DNA of 64,000 nt, taken from positions 58,404,001-58,468,000 of the forward strand of contig OX597832.1 in NCBI GenBank assembly GCA_951406725.2, written 5' to 3'. The stretch's first letter is position 1; every line of letters begins with the position of its first letter. The position numbers and the translations under genes are program-made. The notes beneath the pieces are model-generated. The model saw nothing but the letters and a program-made list of their open reading frames with translations. It made no database searches and was not told the origin of the DNA. Below are positions 55,617-64,000 of this stretch, piece after piece. The DNA comes from Octopus vulgaris (Eukaryota).

Positions 55617-55763
55617 GTCTGTTTGTCTGCGTGTCTGTGTGTCTGTGTGTTTGTCTCTGTCCCTCTCTGTCTTTCTCTCTGTCTCTCTGTCTCTCTCTAT
55701 CTCTGTCAGTCTGTCTCTGTTTTTCTGTTTTTCTGTCTCTCTCTCTGTCTCTCTCTGTCTATC

Positions 55764-55795
<32 letters not shown>

Positions 55796-56180
55796 CGTGT
55801 CTGTGTGTCTGTGTGTTTGTCTCTGTCCCTCTCTGTCTTTCTGTCTCTCTCTATCTCTGTCAGTCTGTCTCTGTTTTTCTGTCTGTCTGTCTGTCTGTCT
55901 CTGTCGCTTTCTGTTTTTCTGTCTGTCAGTCTCTGTCTGTCTGTCTCTGTCCCTCTCTATATCTCTATCTCTGTCTGTCTGTCTCTGTCCCTCTCTATAT
56001 CTCTATGTCTGTCTGTCTGTCTCTGTCCCTCTCTATATCTCTATCTCTGTCTATCTGTCTCTGTCGCTTTCTGTTTTTCTGTCTGTCTGTCTGTCTCTGT
56101 CCCTCTCTATATCTCTATCTCTGTCTGTCTGTCTCTGTCACTGTGACACTCCGTCCCTTTCTCTCCCCCCTCTCTCTCTC
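55550..56180. repeat. Complex (CTGT/CT)n low-complexity tract with higher-order duplications
   Basis: Recurrent gtctctgtccctctctatatctctatctctgtc blocks. Confidence 0.9.
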
Positions 56181-57089
56181 ATTCTTCGCTCGTTTCCTGT
56201 CTATACACACGGTGTTTCTTTATTAATACTGGAACTAATTTCATTGCAAACAACCATTGGCTTTGCAGTTTTAAAGAAACCAAAAAAAAATCTAATAAAT
56301 AAATACATAAATAAAATAAAACATAAAAAGAAAATAAAGAAAAAAGTTAAAATTCTAAACAAAACTCAATAAGAAAAACAAACACCAACAAAAAACAAAC
56401 AGTCACAACACTAACTTAACAACCCCAAAATAATAAACAAAATACAATAAGGAATAAACAAACCAGAAAAATATAAAAAAACAAGATGGCTGGTATGGCA
56501 TGGTAAGATATTTGTTTCTAATACGGTTTAATCTACTGATTGCGATTTTGTGGCGTGTCTGCATGGCTGCCGTTGTGGAATCCGGTAACATAAATGAATT
56601 TCCAGAATGACTATGTTGAATAGCAATAAAAAAAAAATGGTGACCTGTGACTTGCAATATTGATAATATAATATATAGTATATAGTTATATCATTCTTGA
56701 AATACGTAACGCTGTTATATTTATGTTTCCCGCTCTCTCTCACTTTTCTCCCTCTGTATATATGTATATATATATATGTATGTATATAAATATAATATAT
56801 ATATATGTATATATGTATATAAACATAAATATATATATGTATATATATATGTATATATATATATATATGTATATAAATATATATATGTATATGTATATAT
56901 ATATACATATATATATTTATATATATATATATATATATACATGTAAATATATGTATATGTGTATGTATATGTATATATATATATATAGGAGTGAGTATGA
57001 AAGACTGAGTAGCGTCAAAGGTAAGTCACAAGAAAGAAAATAAAATATTTTATCCAAACATGTATACTTATATGCTTTATAATCGACAT

Positions 57090-57380
57090 TGTAAGGCTCA
57101 CGACCGTAAGGTCGTGAGTTCAATTCCCGGCGACGCGTTGTGTCCTTGTGCAAGATACTTTATTTCACGTTGCCCCAGTCCACTTAGCTGGCAAAAATGA
57201 GATGCACCCGTATTTCAAAAGGGCCAGCCTTGTCACACTGTGTGTCACGCTGGATCTCCCTCAGTATTACGTTATGGGTACACTTGTCTGTGGAATGCTC
57301 AGCCACTTGCACGTTAATTTCACTCGCAAGCTTTTTCTGTTGGTCGTATCAGCTGGTTCCTCGTCGTCGTAACCGACGGA
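57090..57380 (+). mobile_element. SINE family B
   Basis: gtgagttcaattcccggcgacgcgttgtgtccttgtgcaagatactttatttcacgttgccccagtccacttagctggc. Confidence 0.8.
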
Positions 57381-58411
57381 GGCTCCTTCATATTGGAGGA
57401 GGTAATCGGCATTGAAAGGTTTACATACATTTATACAAACATGCACGCATGTATCCATGTCTGCATACATACATATTTATATGTATAATTGTTCATATAT
57501 ACTACACTGGCGTGCACATGTACAGAATAAGATATATTAACGAGATGGATCGAAATATGAGTAAGGTAGGCGTATATCGGTTTGAATAAACACGAATGCA
57601 TTACTGGTACTTAGCTAATTCTAAATGAGTCAACAGCAGCTTTTAGGTACTTAATCAATCTTTTAGAAATTGCAGCTGAATCTAACCCCAAATCATATTC
57701 AAGCGAGTTACTAAATATCGGACACTTTCAACGATATAGCTTATAATATATAAAAAATTTGGATAGTCACGGCTAGAACGCCTTTTGTCATAGTCTATTC
57801 GATCAATTTTGCGTTCAGATTAACCGGTGAAAAAGTAATAATCTTTATTGACGTAGTCCAATTCAAAGGTATTTAATTTCTAATCTGTTCTGTCAGTCTA
57901 CAATCAGCTTGATTTGTGTGTTTACCATTTTAATTTCTTTGTTCTGGTTGTTTACTTGACTGAACGACAATTGATTAGCTAATTGGTTGAATGTGTAACC
58001 AAATGACAAATATAAAAGACGTGAAATAGAGTCAGCACGTGTGTTAATTATTGGCATATTGACCCCACCAAAATACTACAAAATGCGTTTCAACAAACAA
58101 ATTTATACGAGATACTTAACAATTTATGGACAATGGAAATAGAATACTGGGCTTTCATGCCTTTTCTATGCCAGGAAATATTTCTATCCAGGGATTGAAA
58201 CCGCAGTGCAATTTCCGTTTCTCTTGACTTTATCGCTTGTTTTATTCCATCACTCTGTAGGGAACTGTGGAGAGATTAATTAAATATAGAAATAAAAATG
58301 AGGACCAGAGCAGAGCGAGAGATGCATAATTATTAACTGTAGGATATGTGTGAATATATACATCAGTTACACACACACACACACACACACACATACACAC
58401 GCACACACACA

Positions 58412-58471
<60 letters not shown>

Positions 58472-58718
58472 AGCTTTAAAAACATCATAAATATACGCAA
58501 ACGGAAAACCGACACAGAAGATCACCAAATCCACATCAGTTATCGGCCAGAATGTCAGATGCAATTTCGTGACTATAACGATAATATTAATACGGTTCTG
58601 GTGGCGCCGAGAAGCTACCGGGAAATGGTGAGCCAATGAAGAAAAGATCAAAGATGACAGAAAGTGAATATGTGTATTTGTGCGTGTATAACTGTGTGTT
58701 TCGAGAAAAAAGAGTGAG

Positions 58719-58778
<60 letters not shown>

Positions 58779-59099
58779 AATGGAACGACTGATCAGAAAC
58801 GGAACTCAAGATTCGTTAGAGTATCGGACAAAATTCTTTGTGATATTTAGGTTTCGGCATTCAACGTGCTGAGTTCAAATCCCGATGAGATTGTCATTAC
58901 CTTTGATCTTTCCATTGTTCGTAGCATTAAAATTCTAGTCAAAGTTACTGGTTCCGTCTGGTAATTCTACAAAAATCATTGGTAGGAATGGAATTCTTGT
59001 AGAGTTTTAAGACGTAGAGAGTCACAAACTAGTATTACTACTAAGCATTTATTGTGGTACTCTGCGTCTTCTGCGACTGTATCACATGTTGTTACTGCT

Positions 59100-59448
59100 T
59101 GCTTGTTTGTTTGTTTGTTGAGTCCGAAACGTGGACCTTTGCTATTCGTAAGACCCGCAGAAGAGAAAGCAGGTCAAACCCCGACACCGCGAGCATCGAC
59201 GGATGGATGAATGCGCACCCAGGCTCAGCGGTTGCGTAGGAAGTCGGGGACAAGAAACAGGAAGAAAGAGTGAGAGAAAATTGGAGCGAAAGAGTACAAC
59301 AGGGGTCGCCACCACCCCCTGCCGGAGCCTCGTAGAGCTTTAGGTGTTTTTGCTCAATAAACACACACAACGCCCGGTCTGGGAATCGAAACCGCGATCC
59401 TCCGACCGCGAGTCCGCTGCCCTAACCACTGGGCCATTGCGCCTCCAC
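59100..59448 (-). mobile_element. Young tRNA-derived SINE family D with (AAAC)n tail
   Basis: A box tggcccagtggttagg, B box ggtttcgattccc, tcg in the anticodon-like loop region (tRNA-Arg-like), intact CpGs. Confidence 0.88.
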
Positions 59449-60944
59449 TCGTTGTTGCTGTTGCTGTTGTTGTTGTTGCTACTGCTGCTGTTGATGGTGC
59501 TGTAATTGTTAAAACTTCCATAAAATTTGATCAGCTATCTGTTTTTTTTTTTTTATTTCTGGGCCCCAGCGTGGCCGCAATGAGTGAAAGAAATGAAAGG
59601 TGAAAGATAAAAGAAATAAGTAAATAAAAAGATTTTCCGTCGGTTTCGACGATGAGAATTCAGTTGTTCGATCAAGTAAATGAACTGCTCATTGAATTGT
59701 TGTGCAAGGGTACATATTCTCCGAGCTGATCATCCAGGAACAAGTTTACTCTTAGCGTAATTTTCTGACTGAATCAGCGTGATACATTCTGTGAGAAGGA
59801 TGCACCTTTAAATTACAAGTACAATCCATCGGATAGGCTTCTGCACAGTCTCTGCCTACCCATATTTAATCGAAAGTCTTCGCTTTACTCGATACAAATG
59901 GTTAGTCACTTTACTAAAATGTCAAGACCCCGTTATTGCCTATACAATACATCCTTGGTTTATCTAAAAGCTGGAGTTTTTTTTTTTTTAGAGTGATGAG
60001 TTATTTCGCAGCTATTTCAAGGCTGGTCGATTGACCACGTGTTCTTTGGATCTACTCATTCATTGATTCATTCCCTACGTTGGTGCCACCGGCTGATTTT
60101 TTTTCCTTCATTAAATAATATTATTATAAACGTTTTCTATTCATCGTGTTCGCATCTTTTAACAAGTTAAAATGGCGGACATATATCGATGTTGCGAAAG
60201 TAAAAATAAACAAACCTTTTTATACTGTTTTATCACGCAATTCTTTCTATACAAATAAAGCAAACCGATAACTGGTTAGGTGTGTTGTTATAGCCGAGGA
60301 TCTCCTTTGCTAATTTATTCTATGTCTGAGTCATACAGACATCTATTCAATCGCCACTTCCCCCAGTGAACTCTAAAAATATATAGACATTGATCCTGTA
60401 TTTTCTACTTCTACATCCAGATATTTAATGAATTAAGCCTTATTCACCTCACTCACATAAATCTTTTAACGCCAGTGAATCACTCCAAAGAAACAAAGTA
60501 AACAATAAGCTAGAATAAAGTGGAAAAAAAAAAATGCTTTTAAATTTAGATGTACAGAGTATGTATAGAAATAGTTATAATGTCCGATAAAAAAAATGCT
60601 TTTTCGAACTTAAGTACAAGGTTATACACTCTCACGTGGTGAGAGCGTTACTCAGTGATCCACTTCCCTGTAGAGTTTCTATTTATATTGGTAACCCATC
60701 CTTGGGTTGGTGAAACCCAACGTTGGCCTCCGTGGAGACTGAACTTGGAATATAAAGATATTTGACTCGCAACGGCATGGAATTTTGCGAGTTATTCTAC
60801 AGTTAAAAGAAAAATGCTGTGTGTTTCTAAGATTGGTCCAAAGTTATTTACTTTCAATGGACCTCGACATCAGTGTTTAACTAGTTCTAAAATTCTAACA
60901 ATTTAGAAGAAAAAAAAAAAAAATCCGTAGTATTTCAAATAATA

Positions 60945-60984
<40 letters not shown>

Positions 60985-60987
<3 letters not shown>

Positions 60988-61650
60988 GCTGTGTGGTAAG
61001 TAGCGTTACTCAGTGATCCACTTCCCTGTAGAGTTTCTATTTATGTTGGTAACTTGGGCAAGTGTCTTCTACTATAGCCTCGGGCCGACCAAAGCTTTGC
61101 GAATGGATTTGGTAGACGGAGAAGCTCGTCGTATATATATATGTGTGTTGTGGTTTTATAAGAAGTTATTTACTTCTCGTATATCTAACATCAGTGTTTA
61201 GACTAGTTCAAATTCTAACAATTTAGAAGCAAAAAAGGAATATCTATATCTATATCTATATCTATATCTATCTATATATATATATATATATATATACTAG
61301 CAGTATCGCCCGGCGTTGCTCGGGTTTGTAAGGGAAATAACTATAAAGCATTTTTAGAGAGTTATAGCCAAAAAATAGCAAAAAATGGGGAAAAAAATGT
61401 GTGTGTGTGTGTGTGTGCGTATGTGTGTGTGTGTGTGTCTGTGTATGTTTGCATGTGTTTGCCCCCCCCCCCCCACCGCTTGACACTCGATGTGTGTTTA
61501 CGTCCCCGTAAGTAGCGGTTTGACAACAGAGGCCGATAGAATGAGTACTAGGCTTACAAAGGCCTGATTGATAAGGCCTGGGGTCGATTTGTTCGACTAA
61601 AGGTGGTGCTCCACCATGGCTACTATCAAATGACTGAAACAAATAAAGGA
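60985..61650 (+). mobile_element. SINE family C, fragmented by local duplication and a Helitron end
   Basis: Head agtggctgtgtggtaagtagc, body 61054-61140, tail 61460-61650. Confidence 0.7.
61297..61398 (-). mobile_element. Helitron 3' terminus
   Basis: Minus strand: hairpin CCCG-agcaacgc-CGGG, 8 nt, CTAG, then T. This is the canonical Helitron 3' end. Confidence 0.7.
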
Positions 61651-61693
61651 ATATCTATATCTATATCTATATCTATATCTATCTATCTATCTA

Positions 61694-61726
<33 letters not shown>

Positions 61727-61855
61727 GTATAGATCCTTCAAGTTCCCGTTTTCTGGAAACGTTTTCCATTACGGATTTAAAAACTATTTTATTGTGTCGG
61801 CAACAGACTAATAGTACCAAATTATAATTTCAGTTTTGTGCCAATATAATGTAGG

Positions 61856-61924
<69 letters not shown>

Positions 61925-61936
61925 CAATAATAATAA

Positions 61937-62119
61937 TAATATTTATAGAATTGAGGTTACTCCTCTAGAAATTATAGACGGAAATAAAGAAGAGTATCAT
62001 TGTTATCAAATAAACAATATTTCGACATCTCGTGTGTCTTCCACAAGTTAAAAAATAAACACTTTTCTTTATTTGCTTCTATACCTTCTGGAGGAGTAAC
62101 CTCAATCCTATAAATATTA
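61937..62119. repeat. MITE-like element with ~59 bp terminal inverted repeats
   Basis: taatatttatagaattgaggttactcctctagaa...aaataaagaagagt versus acttttctttattt...ttctggaggagtaacctcaatcctataaatatta. Confidence 0.8.
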
Positions 62120-62209
62120 CCAAAATGAAGTAGATTGACAAGTTTATTTTTGATCCTCTAAAAGACGCACATATTGTTCATATAACACTGGCACTCTTCT
62201 TTATTTGTT

Positions 62210-62283
<74 letters not shown>

Positions 62284-62290
62284 TAATAAC

Positions 62291-62325
<35 letters not shown>

Positions 62326-62335
62326 GATGATGATG

Positions 62336-62435
<100 letters not shown>

Positions 62436-62448
62436 TAATAATAATAAC

Positions 62449-62511
<63 letters not shown>

Positions 62512-62519
62512 GACAATCC

Positions 62520-63353
62520 ATGGATGGGATTTATAAATATTTTAATGAATCGCTACGCGTGTTTCCACAAAGTGTATCTTTCTTTCGATCATATTCCGCA
62601 TTTCTCAGTTGATTACAGTACAATCTGTAGTATCCATGGACATAAGGTGGATCTTAGTCCATGCGTGCTTTTCATCAGGCAATATATCATTGAAGTTGAA
62701 ATCAACGAATTGATAAACACCATATTTCAGGTATACATTCGTTACTTCCAGCTTTAATGCTGTATTACCTGATGAAATGAATGCATGAACCCCTCCTCAA
62801 AGTGGTAGGGTGGTGTAAATGGGCAGTGTCAGAGCTATGCCGTCGGAAACTTCGGTTCCTTGTAGGGCCACCCAAAGCGGATTGGTCTGGCACCAATTCC
62901 ATGAGGCGTCTGATCGGCAACCGGCAGCTTCGAGGTCGTTCTGTCCCTGCATCTGTGGAGACTCCGCGGCAAACAGTGCGTCCTGACACTCGGGATATGC
63001 ATGCGAGATATCGGGGACCGCTTGTGAATTCAATATTCCCACGAAACTTCTTCTATGAATTCCAGATGGAACCACGAATGGCTCGCTATGTCCAGTGATC
63101 TCGCACAGGACCGTCGAGCGTGGGCCGCCATGGTTCGTGATGCCGTCAGGACCAGAGAAGAAGCCGGCTTAACCTGCCCTGGGTGAACGCCGTCAAAAGT
63201 ACAAGTAAGTATGAACTATGATCCATCCGTTGTTCATCGATACAACGGATTGTACTGTAATCATCCCAGGTACGAGGACTATGATTGTAAGACATATGTG
63301 ATTTGTGGAAACGCGCATTGCGATTCATTAAAATATTTATATATTTCATCCAT
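62520..63353. mobile_element. Foldback/MITE with ~145 bp diverged inverted arms
   Basis: 62520-62663 is the diverged reverse complement of 63210-63353. The ORF track shows mirrored peptides INILMNR...FHK...DYSTI. Confidence 0.85.
62765..63210 (+). mobile_element. RTE-clade LINE derivative (3' end) nested in the foldback
   Basis: C-terminal peptide ...WNHEWLAMSSDLAQDRRAWAAMVRDAVRTREEAGLTCPG* followed by an aagtacaagtaagta tail. Confidence 0.65.
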
Positions 63354-63579
63354 TAATTATCATTATTACAATACACACACACACACACATCTGTTGTGTG
63401 TGTGTATTTGTGTGTATGTATGTATATATTCACATATGTATATATCTGTGTATATATAGATATTAAAATATAGATATTGCTTGCATATATAAATGTTTAT
63501 ATATTTATATATTATACATTTACATACACGCGCTCACGCATATATTCTACGGATGAATTGCACTTTAATAATTATGCGC

Positions 63580-63629
<50 letters not shown>

Positions 63630-64000
63630 CTGCGTGTGTGCGTATGTGGACTCCAGAATTAAAATGAAATCGACCGAGATAGTAATCGAACTCAATGAAT
63701 TTCTTAAAAGAAATTATCTGTACTCTCCTATCATTGTTATGTAGCTCTCCATCATCTCTGATTCATAAGGGCTATGATTAAAGTTAATGCAGCTATGACC
63801 TTGAACTTGTGTGGATTTAATCAGAGATACTTAAATTCGGGATCAATATATCCAAAGCCAGATCCTTCCACTTTTATAAAGGAATGTAATTTGAGAATGA
63901 TTTGGCTGCTATTTCTACCAAATAGAGTAACCGCATGATAGCTCCTTCGCTGCTTGTTACGACATAAAAAAAATAAGTTCCTTCTCGAGCCATGCTAGGC

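Noticed and set aside
56989-57026. Exon ending AAG|gtaagt
   Set aside because: The acceptor is preceded by (TA)n rather than a pyrimidine tract, and the length is not a multiple of 3.
59370-59448. tRNA gene (also 12869-12940)
   Set aside because: The tRNA-like head runs into a SINE body and simple-repeat tail, with no proper acceptor stem.

Overview
AT-rich, repeat-saturated animal genomic DNA. The SINE families and dense (TA)n/(TAA)n/(CTA)n/(TAGA)n tracts look like an octopod cephalopod (inference from recalled repeat families). Almost all ORFs in the track are microsatellite artefacts, and no host gene could be identified. The main coding feature is a 5'-truncated but uninterrupted Penelope-like retroelement (RT + GIY-YIG, minus strand, ~9290-12357). 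Its ~1 kb 3' pseudo-LTR shows five rigidly spaced CRE/CCAAT modules, TATA, Inr, a Kozak ATG mini-exon with a splice donor, and a hammerhead-like motif with a U3-A8 core. Also present are an ORF1-only zinc-knuckle non-LTR element, several R4/Dong-like fragments and a 4-copy ~550 bp element sitting in (TAA)n, a rearranged Ty3/gypsy relic, an RTE fragment nested in a foldback element, a Helitron 3' end, many tRNA-derived SINEs and several long hairpins. Two candidate frame-preserving microexons lie on the plus strand; one has its 5' splice site covered by a hairpin containing a U1-like ATACTTACCT sequence. All calls are by eye; family names rest on recalled motifs, not database searches.
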